Source of the DNA: Candidatus Nomurabacteria bacterium
GTDB lineage: Bacteria; Patescibacteriota; Saccharimonadia; Saccharimonadales; JAGQNJ01
Reading direction: 5' to 3'
Assembly (NCBI GenBank): GCA_023898625.1
Contig: CP060231.1
Coordinates: 276,258 to 340,257, forward strand
Length of the DNA stretch: 64,000 nt
This document shows, piece by piece, positions 1 to 9,118 of the stretch. The notes below the pieces were generated by a model. That model saw only the letters and a program-made list of their open reading frames with translations, had not been told where the DNA came from and made no database searches. The position numbers and the translations under genes are program-made. How positions within the stretch are numbered: position 1 is the stretch's first letter; the number at the start of each line of letters is the position of its first letter.

Positions 1-850
1 ATCTGGGGCGGTACTGCGCTCTCCACTATCCACATCCATTATTCCAGATATCGGAATTCCTCTTTCATATAAAACTGTTGCCAAATCACCCAGATTATCA
101 AGAGTATCTTTTATATCTACCTCCCAATTATCTCCAGAAAAGGGCATAGTCTTCACTCTGAAACCCTCCCTTGCTTCCTTAATTCTGACTGTAGCTGGGT
201 CATTTGACTCTGAGCCTACTGTAATTTCTCCCCCGTTTTCCGTCATACCCGATAACATATCTAAAACAACCAGCCCCTCGTTTGGATTTGAGCAATCTCT
301 AACCCCTGTAACTATGCTATTTCCGTGTTGGTCTTTGATGATTTTAAGGCCATCTAGTTTGATGGAAGGAAAATCTTCTGGTACGTCTTGTTTTTGGTGA
401 ATATCAACATTAGCCCAATCAATATCGACAGATAATCCTCGAGCATCTGAACTTGAAATCTGATCCAAATCACGAAACTCTCCAGTGTATGTCAATCCCC
501 CAGGTATAAACAAAAAATCCGTTCCTGGGCGTTCAATAATCTTAGAGGAACTTCCTACACTATCAATAGTCGGTGTAGGTTGCATTGATAATTTTCGGCC
601 ATGATATTCTACGGCTTCAGGGACATGTTTAACGACCTCCGCCTTACCCACTCCTATTGATCCTAAAATTACACCTTCTATTGTCTGCATCTTATCACTC
701 AATTGCGCTTCAGCTATTTGTCTGTCTTTGGGCTGTTCTTCTTCTGATGATAACGTTGTGTGAGTAGCGTCTGCCACAAAAAATACTAGGCCTGCCATTA
801 AGGTCGCGACTACTCTTTTGCTACTATTGGGTTTTCGTCCTTTTTCCATG
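1..850 (-). CDS. hypothetical membrane-anchored/secreted protein, partial (C-terminus lies beyond the left window edge)
   Basis: Uninterrupted minus-strand frame from an ATG (complement of 848-850). An AGAGGA-like RBS precedes it. N-terminal hydrophobic segment VATLMAGLVFFV. Absent from the ORF track because no stop lies in the window. Confidence 0.5.
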
Positions 851-884
851 TTGATAATCCTCTTGTCTTGTCGGTTATATTTTG

Positions 885-1064
885 TTAGTCCATTGATGCA
901 CTTTGTGGTTCATCAAACAAGGTATGCGGGTCGTCGTCACCAAGCATCTGAATGTCTGATTCTTCGGCTAATTCCTGAGCAATCCATTCGTCCATCTGGT
1001 TTTGAGTCGGAGATATTACTGAGGGTGTTGCGCCTGAATTATCTGTGATTTTGATTTTTGACAT
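885..1064 (-). CDS. small acidic hypothetical protein
   Basis: ORF track lists 885..1100. The internal ATG at 1064 (MSKIKI...) has an AAGGAT RBS about 8 nt upstream. No recognisable domain. Confidence 0.3.
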   Translation of the reverse strand: MSKIKITDNSGATPSVISPTQNQMDEWIAQELAEESDIQMLGDDDPHTLFDEPQSASMD

Positions 1065-1121
1065 TTTTATTGTGATCCTTTTTTGTTTTATATTGACCAC
1101 TTTATATTAGCACAAGTACTT

Positions 1122-1622
1122 TTATTTGTCAATACCTGTTTTGCCTTTTTCTGCAGTTTTTCTTTTCTTAGAGTTCGAAGATTTTCGTAATAACCGAATA
1201 TGAACAGATAATATGATTGTTAGTGTCGTGAACGCCAAAAACGACATAAAAGGAATTGTGATAAATCCGAACCAGTTAATTTGCGGCTCAGCACAAGAAC
1301 TATCGATCGAACAGGTAGTAATTACCTCTTTAATTATTCCCCATTGCAGTAATGTATGATAAAAGGCTATCACCATACCAATTATGCTTAGAGGTAGTGC
1401 ATAGTAAGCCGAGTTGTCATCTTTACGATAGACACCAACACCCAATACGAATGCTAACGGAAACATAAATATTCTTTGATACCAGCACAATGCGCAGGGC
1501 TTAAGATTTAGTATCTCACTCAATCCCATACTGCCAATTACTGCTCCCAGAGCCACAATCCAGCTAATGAAGACTAGGTTATTTAAAATCCATTTTTTGG
1601 GCTGTTGAAACACTTTATCCAT
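1122..1622 (-). CDS. dsbB: disulfide bond formation protein, DsbB/BdbC family
   Basis: Four predicted TM segments. CxxC motif (KPCALCWYQR) in the first loop and a second Cys pair (CSIDSSC) in the later loop. Confidence 0.75.
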   Translation of the reverse strand: MDKVFQQPKKWILNNLVFISWIVALGAVIGSMGLSEILNLKPCALCWYQRIFMFPLAFVLGVGVYRKDDNSAYYALPLSIIGMVIAFYHTLLQWGIIKEVITTCSIDSSCAEPQINWFGFITIPFMSFLAFTTLTIILSVHIRLLRKSSNSKKRKTAEKGKTGIDK

Positions 1623-1631
1623 CTCCTTATA

Positions 1632-2804
1632 TTATACCTTACAAATAGGGCAAGTCTCTTCGTCAAGAAAACCACTACGCCAAACACTTAGCGCTTTAGG
1701 TATCGGCAAAAAGGATAGATAAACCTTCAGATCAGCCAAGCGCCTTAAAATCCAACCAATTAATCCATATATTTCTACTCCATGCCACGATACTGCAGCC
1801 CAATACTTACCTACCGGAACAGCATAAACAGGTTTTTTGGGCTTATATTTGATTAGTTGTTTGTTTTTTTGTTCACGAATTATATTGTTTGCGACAAATT
1901 TCGCATCGTGTATTGCTGTTTGTGCCATACCGCTATACTGTGTATCTGCGCAGTCTCCTATCACAAAGATGTTCTTTGTAGCCATTAAATATTCATCTAC
2001 CACTACTCTACCTGCTCTGCCATACGAAAAGACCTTTGGGAATTTCTTGAAGAATGGATTATTTGCAACACCAGCAGTCCAGACAACAGTTTTGGATTCA
2101 ATAGATCCATTAGGAAGTTGTATTCCCTCTATTGTCTCAGTCTTAACTGCTGTCTTTGTGTGAATTTTTATGCCCATATGACGCAATCTGGTTTTAACTT
2201 TTTTGGAATACCTTTTTGTCATGGTCGATAAAACTCTGGGGCTTGCTTCTATTAACTCAATATTAAATGTTGGGCGTACTTTATGTTTTTTTCGAATCTT
2301 CTTTATGTATGTTTTCAATTCAGCACTCAGCTCCACGCCTGTAGCCCCCGCTCCAATAACCACATAATTCTTCTCTGTTTTTGGGTCCATCAACTGTTCA
2401 TGGATGTGGCGCTTCAATCTCAACGCTTCATGGATGCTTTTTACCCCATAAGCGAACTGTTTTAGACCTTTGATATTAAAAAATTCTGTTACGTTGCCCA
2501 GTGAAAGTATTAGCCTATCATAAGTATATACTGAACCACTTTCTCCAATAACTTGACTGCTTTTGTTGTCCAAGTCAACAATGATATCTTTAACGACTTC
2601 AACATTCTGTGCATAGCCAAAAAAATCGCGCAAAGGTATAGCTACCTCCAGTGGGGAATGCCCTGTGGCCGAACGATAAAGCGCTGGACGATATTCAAAA
2701 TAACTTTCTGTAGATATTAGTTTAACTTCAATATTTTTCTTGTTAGCTAAACTTAGCGCTGTACGAATTCCAGCAAAACCGGCCCCTACTACCACAACCT
2801 TCAT
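1632..2804 (-). CDS. ndh: type II NADH dehydrogenase (NDH-2) / FAD-dependent pyridine nucleotide-disulfide oxidoreductase
   Basis: N-terminal GxGxxG (VVVVGAGFAG) and a second dinucleotide fold (VVIGAGATGVE). C-terminal GDCA motif. Length 390 aa. Confidence 0.8.
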   Translation of the reverse strand: MKVVVVGAGFAGIRTALSLANKKNIEVKLISTESYFEYRPALYRSATGHSPLEVAIPLRDFFGYAQNVEVVKDIIVDLDNKSSQVIGESGSVYTYDRLILSLGNVTEFFNIKGLKQFAYGVKSIHEALRLKRHIHEQLMDPKTEKNYVVIGAGATGVELSAELKTYIKKIRKKHKVRPTFNIELIEASPRVLSTMTKRYSKKVKTRLRHMGIKIHTKTAVKTETIEGIQLPNGSIESKTVVWTAGVANNPFFKKFPKVFSYGRAGRVVVDEYLMATKNIFVIGDCADTQYSGMAQTAIHDAKFVANNIIREQKNKQLIKYKPKKPVYAVPVGKYWAAVSWHGVEIYGLIGWILRRLADLKVYLSFLPIPKALSVWRSGFLDEETCPICKV

Positions 2805-2900
2805 AGATTTATCAATCCAAAACGCATTATTTGTTCTGTATCCCGTTTTGATTTGTGTTTTATCACTCTCACCTAATCTCCTGTTTATGTATTAACCGTC

Positions 2901-3446
2901 TTATTCTAGTATCGGAAATTGCTTAACTATATTCTGTCGTATCCACCATTTACGAAAGCCCCACACCTGACGGTTGTTTGAATATAATAAGCCGAGTAGC
3001 ACAATAGAATAAATAACATGTTCATCAACAAACGGATTATTCTCTGGAAATAGGGTTGCCAGCCACATCAACATCAATAATATAGCACCGCTGATTGTTG
3101 CTATTCTCATACCAACACCGAGTATTAGAGACAAACCGATAAGAAATAAGCCCGTCATGAATAAAAAATCGATTAATGAATTTCCGGCCATTGCCTGAAA
3201 AACATCAGATAAAGGGCCTTTTGTTCCGAACTTCAGAAAGCCCTCGGTTGGTGATGCTCCATTTATCCATGTTTTTTCACACATATACACAACGATATCT
3301 GTCTTTTTGTCTCGACATGTAGCAAATCCCAAGCCCAATAATTTATCAAAAAATGCCCACAAAAAGGTAAATCCTAATGTAATTCTGGCCAAGGCCCAAA
3401 AGTATACAGATTTATCTGCGGTTTGTTTCTTTCTTGTTTTAGACAT
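2901..3446 (-). CDS. DoxX-family membrane protein
   Basis: Four TM segments. N-terminal RITLGFTFLWAFFDKLLGLGF is typical of DoxX/DoxD-like proteins. Confidence 0.55.
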   Translation of the reverse strand: MSKTRKKQTADKSVYFWALARITLGFTFLWAFFDKLLGLGFATCRDKKTDIVVYMCEKTWINGASPTEGFLKFGTKGPLSDVFQAMAGNSLIDFLFMTGLFLIGLSLILGVGMRIATISGAILLMLMWLATLFPENNPFVDEHVIYSIVLLGLLYSNNRQVWGFRKWWIRQNIVKQFPILE

Positions 3447-3569
3447 AACACCCCCTGTTAGCTAATATATTTATTCTATAACATAAACAATTAGAAGTCA
3501 TCCTAATAATAAACATTAGACTAGACATTAATCTGGTTGATATGCTCATGCTTTGGTATGATTAGTGTT

Positions 3570-4280
3570 ATGGATCCTAGTAATCAATTTCAGCCAAATC
3601 CACAGCTTGGACAAACGCAAAATAGCCAACCTTCTCAGCAGGTAGTACAAACTGAAGTACAAGCTCCACAAACTCAACCTACTTCTGAAAACTTAGATAG
3701 TCAGCAGTTTGATTTTATTATGAACCCTCAAACACCACCAAAGAAAAGTTTACTGCCAAATAACCCGAAGCTAAAAATGCTAATTATAGGACTAGGCGTT
3801 GTTACATTAGTTGTATTGTTGCTTGTAGTTATTTTTAGTATTTTTGGATCGAAAGACAGCTCAACAGAATCATTAGTAAAGATTGCCCAACAACAAAATG
3901 AGATTATTCGTATCGCTGGTGCTGGTACCACAAAAGCTGGTGGCGAAAAAGCAAAAAAGCTAGCTGTAGTAACGTCAATGACTATGAAATCAGATCAAAA
4001 CAGCTTAATTAATTATCTTGCAAAACAAAAACGCAAAGTAAAGGATAAAGAACTTGTATTATTAACAGACAAGAAAACTGATCAAGAACTTACCGCTGCC
4101 TCTAGTAATGGTCGTTATGATGAAGTGTTCACTCAAATTATTACCGAAAAACTTGCAGAGTATCAAAAATCACTAGAAGCACAATACGGCAGTGTTGGCC
4201 CCAAAGGTAAAGAAGTTATTAAACAAAGTAACGACAACGTCACCCTGATTCTTAAAGATAACACTAGAGCTTCTCAATGA
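3570..4280 (+). CDS. hypothetical single-pass membrane protein with Q/P-rich N-terminus
   Basis: ORF 3537..4280; the in-frame ATG at 3570 is preferred. One TM (MLIIGLGVVTLVVLLLVVIF). Its stop overlaps the next start (ATGA). Confidence 0.5.
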   Translation: MDPSNQFQPNPQLGQTQNSQPSQQVVQTEVQAPQTQPTSENLDSQQFDFIMNPQTPPKKSLLPNNPKLKMLIIGLGVVTLVVLLLVVIFSIFGSKDSSTESLVKIAQQQNEIIRIAGAGTTKAGGEKAKKLAVVTSMTMKSDQNSLINYLAKQKRKVKDKELVLLTDKKTDQELTAASSNGRYDEVFTQIITEKLAEYQKSLEAQYGSVGPKGKEVIKQSNDNVTLILKDNTRASQ

Positions 4281-4768
4281 TTGGAAGAGAAAATTTCACC
4301 ACACCCCAATGGATAGATATGCAGATGAGCATTAAAGAGTCGTCAAGATACATAATCCTTTCACATCCAGGATTCTTTGAAGATCTTAAGGATAGTTTCA
4401 TTACGAAACAAGTCATTAAAAATTTTGCTGATAACGCAAACTCTGATCTCATTGATGACTTACTTGATTTTGATAACTATAGGTCTCCAATTCCAGAATA
4501 CGCAAGAGATACATCCGAAGGTATTGAGCCACAATTACTTAGGGCAATTACTAACTCTGTTGCTCTACTTAAATTACAGGATCAAAGCTCTGCACTATTG
4601 TTTAAAGATCTGGTGACCAAAATTGCGAATAGCGTGCTTGACGCCGACAAGCATATTAGCCCAGCAGAAAGTGTAGCATATCAGAATATATTAAATGCGC
4701 TAGAGGCTGAACCAGAACCTATCATAAAAGAATGGGATCCAAAAAACCCTCTTGCTCCTTCAAAGTAG
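4277..4768 (+). CDS. hypothetical protein
   Basis: Translationally coupled to the upstream ORF. No confident domain assignment. Confidence 0.45.
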   Translation: MIGRENFTTPQWIDMQMSIKESSRYIILSHPGFFEDLKDSFITKQVIKNFADNANSDLIDDLLDFDNYRSPIPEYARDTSEGIEPQLLRAITNSVALLKLQDQSSALLFKDLVTKIANSVLDADKHISPAESVAYQNILNALEAEPEPIIKEWDPKNPLAPSK

Positions 4769-4771
4769 AAA

Positions 4772-5095
4772 CTACTTAGTTTTATTAACCAGATTATAAC
4801 TTAGATCAATTAGACCTTTTATATCATCCCACGGTAGTTGTCCGCTTAAGATAACCGTGTTCCAGTGCTTCTTATTTAGATGATATCCTGGCATAACAGA
4901 TTCGTATTTTTCTCTTAAAACTTCTGACAATTTAGGATCACACTTAAGACTTATCCTAACTGGGCTACTCCCTTCTGCTATTAAAGCAAACATTTTACTA
5001 TTTGTTTTATAGACTGCCACCCCTTTTCCAAATGGATAGTCAAGTATCGAATCAGGCTTTGATAATAAATATTCTTCTATAGATTTATGGTCCAC
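4772..5095 (-). CDS. MmcQ/YjbR-family DNA-binding protein
   Basis: 107 aa. Family-typical DYPFG...VYK...KMFA...LKCDP...PGYHLNKKHWNTV pattern. Confidence 0.7.
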   Translation of the reverse strand: MDHKSIEEYLLSKPDSILDYPFGKGVAVYKTNSKMFALIAEGSSPVRISLKCDPKLSEVLREKYESVMPGYHLNKKHWNTVILSGQLPWDDIKGLIDLSYNLVNKTK

Positions 5096-5122
5096 GATAT
5101 TTTCTTCATTAACTTACTGCAT

Positions 5123-6247
5123 CTAGGCCTTCAACATTATATCAATAGCTTCCTGGTTTATAATTATCTTTTGTCCGCTGTATAATACATTTAAGTCTCT
5201 GATATTAGGATTAGCTTTAGATATTTCTGGCATAATCATCCCTATACGCCTATTTAACTCATGCTTTTCTATATTTAAATATGCAAAATTATTTTGCAAT
5301 AATCTCCATAAGTTATCTCCTTTTTGGACAGAAAGCTCTTGCTCAACGACAGCAAATACTTGGCTGTTTTCTGTTGGGTTATTTTTTTGTGGTAAATTAT
5401 TGGATTGCTCCGTATTCTGCATGTTATCAGAATTAACCTGAGCGGTCGCTTTCTGTTCCATTGGCCTATCGTTTTGAGTGGTTGATATTGATTTACGTTC
5501 TTGTGTAGTTGCTTCTTGTTGGTTTATTACCGTAGTTATGTTCGATTCTTCTTTACTTGCTTGTTGTTCGTCCTCTGATAGCCCTTTACTTACACCGAAC
5601 ATTACTACACCAATTAAGGCAATCGAGGCAATACCCTTAACTATTAATCTATCTCTTTTTAACTTATTGCTCCGTGAAGATGTAGGGGCATGTTCAGATT
5701 TTGAAAAAAACCCCCTAAGCTTCTCTACTAATCGAAACCTCCTAAGAATAAATTCTTGATTTTGTTGTGCGCCCAGAAAATTAGATCGAGATAAACTACT
5801 TCCTTCTGATAGCTCTCTCATATCGTGGTCACTAATTGTTTCGGTATACGTATGTGGATTGGTGGATATCACCCAATTAAATCTTGTTTTATACTCGGGT
5901 GATACAACCATACTATAATCTATAGATTCCGAATCTGTTTCGGCGATATGCAACAATTCATGAGCATTAAGAATATTGAGTGGATTTACATCATTTCTAA
6001 TTGATTTATCTATATATATTGCAAGTAATTGGCGCTGTTTGAGTCCTACATCATCGTGACCAATTCCATAATAATTCGCAAATTCGTGGATAGCTTTATA
6101 AGATCTGTCTTCGGCATCTCGCCATAGTTCTGGGTCATTAACCGGTATATTATTCAGGCGTCGGATCCTTTCAATACTTACATTGAGAGCGTCATGAACT
6201 GACTCTTCATCTAAATGCAAACCTCTATAACGATCAATTTCAGGCAC
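5123..6247 (-). CDS. membrane-anchored protein with HExxH motif and C-terminal LysM-like domain
   Basis: HELLH motif in the N-terminal region. Central TM (IASIALIGVVMFGV). C-terminal VQKGDNLWRL...YSGQKIIIN is LysM-like. Confidence 0.5.
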   Translation of the reverse strand: MPEIDRYRGLHLDEESVHDALNVSIERIRRLNNIPVNDPELWRDAEDRSYKAIHEFANYYGIGHDDVGLKQRQLLAIYIDKSIRNDVNPLNILNAHELLHIAETDSESIDYSMVVSPEYKTRFNWVISTNPHTYTETISDHDMRELSEGSSLSRSNFLGAQQNQEFILRRFRLVEKLRGFFSKSEHAPTSSRSNKLKRDRLIVKGIASIALIGVVMFGVSKGLSEDEQQASKEESNITTVINQQEATTQERKSISTTQNDRPMEQKATAQVNSDNMQNTEQSNNLPQKNNPTENSQVFAVVEQELSVQKGDNLWRLLQNNFAYLNIEKHELNRRIGMIMPEISKANPNIRDLNVLYSGQKIIINQEAIDIMLKA

Positions 6248-6324
6248 TATGAATCCTCATACAATATATCCAAATATTGTACTATACCTAAGCACATATT
6301 GCAACTTTGTTGTGCTGTATGTTT

Positions 6325-6879
6325 TTATTTTTGCTTTTTAAACCAGTCCAGATAATATTGAAGCTCAGCAATTGAGCCTTGCGTGTCTTCAAATGCGCGA
6401 TGAATTTCAGGTTTGGTGTATTCCTTGCCAAACTTCCCCTGCATTAACACCTTCCATGAACTGACATCAAGCATTCTGTAATGAAGCTTAAGGTCTAATG
6501 TGGGCATCCATTGTTTAATAAATAACCTGTCGTTATATATTGAATTTCCAGCCAATACTGCTGGTTCATCGCCAAACTGTTCTTCAATAATTCCTATCAA
6601 TTCGGATTCTGTATCTGCCAATTCCTTGCCCTTTTCTAAATTATTCACAAACTGATCTCTGTTTTCAGGATAATTTTGCCACCATGGATTTGCCTGCATT
6701 CGACTTACTACCACGTCTTTGGGTTGTTTTATGCAAGCTTCATAAGTAGCCAAAGTCTTAAAATCAAAATCTGTTATTTCGGCAGCGACTTCTAAAATAA
6801 CATCATTCTTACAGTCTAGACCGGTCATTTCCAGATCCATCCAGAGAAGTTTTGTTGGTTTAAGTTTCTTATTAATCAT
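6325..6879 (-). CDS. orn: oligoribonuclease
   Basis: DEDDh exonuclease motifs (LLWMDLEMTGLD; final H...D). 184 aa, typical Orn length. Confidence 0.85.
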   Translation of the reverse strand: MINKKLKPTKLLWMDLEMTGLDCKNDVILEVAAEITDFDFKTLATYEACIKQPKDVVVSRMQANPWWQNYPENRDQFVNNLEKGKELADTESELIGIIEEQFGDEPAVLAGNSIYNDRLFIKQWMPTLDLKLHYRMLDVSSWKVLMQGKFGKEYTKPEIHRAFEDTQGSIAELQYYLDWFKKQK

Positions 6880-6918
6880 TATTGACCATTATAACTCGAT
6901 ATTTGCCCATAACCATAA

Positions 6919-8160
6919 TTACCTTTGCCCTAACTTCTTTAATGTTTCTTGCCAATTTGCACGCTCTTCAACTTCTTGTTGAGTGACCGAGTCAGCCTTC
7001 TGGGTTAGCTGTTTATACCCAGTTGTACTTGCAACCAAGCCATAAGTAAAAGTCGGTTTGATCTTTTTGAGCTTTAAGTCTTGTGCAAGTTTTAAGCAGT
7101 CGTCGTAATGTGTTTTACATCTATCTCCTAAAGTCAGCCATTTCGCGACATTTTCGTCATACTTAATCTTCATATTCACCTCAATTGAGGCTCCACGATT
7201 AGTTTCCTTGTCTAGTTGATCAAAGATAAAATTTCCTGTTGAATAAAATATCAGCTTATTTTTGTATACATCGCTGTTTTGTACCCAATGAGGACTATTT
7301 CCGATAACAAACTCTGCGCCTCCATCAATTATCGATCTACCTACAAATTCTTGATCAGATCCGGCTTTAGCAACATATTCTTGACCAACCTGCATCAACC
7401 CCACCACCGGCATGATATCTGCGTATTTCTTCATGACATCAAACTCCCCTGGATAGGGCTGTCTTTCAAAATAATGCCACGCACAAAAAGCTATCGGTAA
7501 AGAACCCTCTGTACTTGATCCATCTTTCTTATTAAGATGCACCTTCATAGACATAACCTCACATACATCTTTTGTTTCGGCCGGATTTTGATTACCAAGA
7601 AATTGAAACCCGGCATCTTGAGCATACTTCTGCATTTGCGGAAACTTGTCGCTACCCTGATCGTAAACATGGTTGTTTGCAAAATTTAAAACTGTAAAGT
7701 ATTTTTTCATGGCAGGCAAAAATTCAGGACGGCAATTAAAAACGGTATTAGTAACTTGTTGACGATATGGTATATTCGCGTCCGTTATAGGACACTCGTT
7801 GTCTATGGTCCAGGCATCGTACTGAGACGGATTAAATGTATCTAGTTTGCTGAATGGTTGATTATAATCAATACTTCCATCAGATTTACGAGCCTCATTT
7901 TCTACTGCCCTTGCTGGAACAACCGTGCCGCTGAATAAATATTTTGCCTTTACGGTATCAAAATCGTGAATCTGCTCAGTTGCTTGATTATTGGCGTTTA
8001 CTCCATTGCTCCCCTCTGTTGCACTTTTATTATTTTTCCTACTTTCATAGAAGAATAAACATACTAAAAGAACAACTATTATGATTATCACCAAAAACAA
8101 CCATCTATATTTCCTTGATCTTTTCTGCTGAGATCTAGTAACATTGCCATAGTAACGCAT
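6919..8160 (-). CDS. CapA-family (poly-gamma-glutamate capsule synthesis-like) metallophosphoesterase, membrane anchored
   Basis: N-terminal TM. NFANNHVYDQG and GNSPHW motifs are typical of CapA/PGA_cap. Confidence 0.65.
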   Translation of the reverse strand: MRYYGNVTRSQQKRSRKYRWLFLVIIIIVVLLVCLFFYESRKNNKSATEGSNGVNANNQATEQIHDFDTVKAKYLFSGTVVPARAVENEARKSDGSIDYNQPFSKLDTFNPSQYDAWTIDNECPITDANIPYRQQVTNTVFNCRPEFLPAMKKYFTVLNFANNHVYDQGSDKFPQMQKYAQDAGFQFLGNQNPAETKDVCEVMSMKVHLNKKDGSSTEGSLPIAFCAWHYFERQPYPGEFDVMKKYADIMPVVGLMQVGQEYVAKAGSDQEFVGRSIIDGGAEFVIGNSPHWVQNSDVYKNKLIFYSTGNFIFDQLDKETNRGASIEVNMKIKYDENVAKWLTLGDRCKTHYDDCLKLAQDLKLKKIKPTFTYGLVASTTGYKQLTQKADSVTQQEVEERANWQETLKKLGQR

Positions 8161-8225
8161 TTACTTAAAATATAGACCTTATGACTAAAAAAATCTAATG
8201 GTTAATTTAACAACTAACAAATATG

Positions 8226-8621
8226 TTAGCTTTTCTTTTTATCGAGCTTATCAAGATGTAACCACTTAAAAGTAAAGTAGATAACTCCGGCAATTATTAA
8301 AAAATTAATCACAGCATACACAAATGCCCCCCACGCAAAAGATGCTGAACGAGAATTAATTTGAACGTATACCGATTTTTCGCTTAAACTTTTACTGCCA
8401 CCAATCAGTAATCCCAGTATCGGATCTATAAAACTCCTAGACATCTGATCAATCAGTTGCTTGGCCTGAGTACCCATTACAAAACCAATCGCTAACCCAA
8501 TTATTCCTTGCGTACGAATAAAATCTACAAAACCTTCCAACTCAGATTTGGCAGACGACTTAACCTTTTTGGTAACTTTTTTTGTAACTTTTACTCCGCT
8601 CTTCTTTGGCGCCTTCGCCAT
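8226..8621 (-). CDS. mscL: large-conductance mechanosensitive channel
   Basis: FVDFIRTQGIIGLAIGFVMG TM1 signature and a second TM. Lys-rich N-terminal extension. Confidence 0.8.
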   Translation of the reverse strand: MAKAPKKSGVKVTKKVTKKVKSSAKSELEGFVDFIRTQGIIGLAIGFVMGTQAKQLIDQMSRSFIDPILGLLIGGSKSLSEKSVYVQINSRSASFAWGAFVYAVINFLIIAGVIYFTFKWLHLDKLDKKKS

Positions 8622-8634
8622 ATTAGAAAATCTC

Positions 8635-9060
8635 CTATTTCCAAAGAGCTAGTATAACACCTATTGCTGACATCGTCAATATATCACCCACAGCAGTAAC
8701 TACAAATAAAGAGAACGGGCGTTGCTCGTATAGCTTATGCATACCATTATTTGTAGCAAGGAGCCCAAAACCTACCAGCAAACCAAACAATAGCCCACTC
8801 CATGCCCCAGAAATTTTTAAGACATCTATCAAAACTGCAGTTGCCGCTGTCATAATCAGCAAAGTTATAAATGCGATAATAAGCCCAACGTCTGTTTTTG
8901 GGTTTTCGATATCTTTTTTCTTTAGCCCGATTGACTTTCTCCAAACCTGACCAAAAAAAGCATCAGAGTACCAAACCGCTGATATAAGCATGCCAACGCA
9001 CGAGGCGATTACAACCGTAAACCAATTAATTTGATAAATATAGTCGAATAAAATATCCAT
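8635..9060 (-). CDS. DUF1761-like membrane protein
   Basis: Four TM segments. The YSDAFFGQVWRK motif is typical of DUF1761. Confidence 0.5.
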   Translation of the reverse strand: MDILFDYIYQINWFTVVIASCVGMLISAVWYSDAFFGQVWRKSIGLKKKDIENPKTDVGLIIAFITLLIMTAATAVLIDVLKISGAWSGLLFGLLVGFGLLATNNGMHKLYEQRPFSLFVVTAVGDILTMSAIGVILALWK

Positions 9061-9118
9061 AAAGATTAGACTCCTTGATAATTGTTATGCTTTCAGTATA
9101 GCAAAAACTTGTGTTTGT

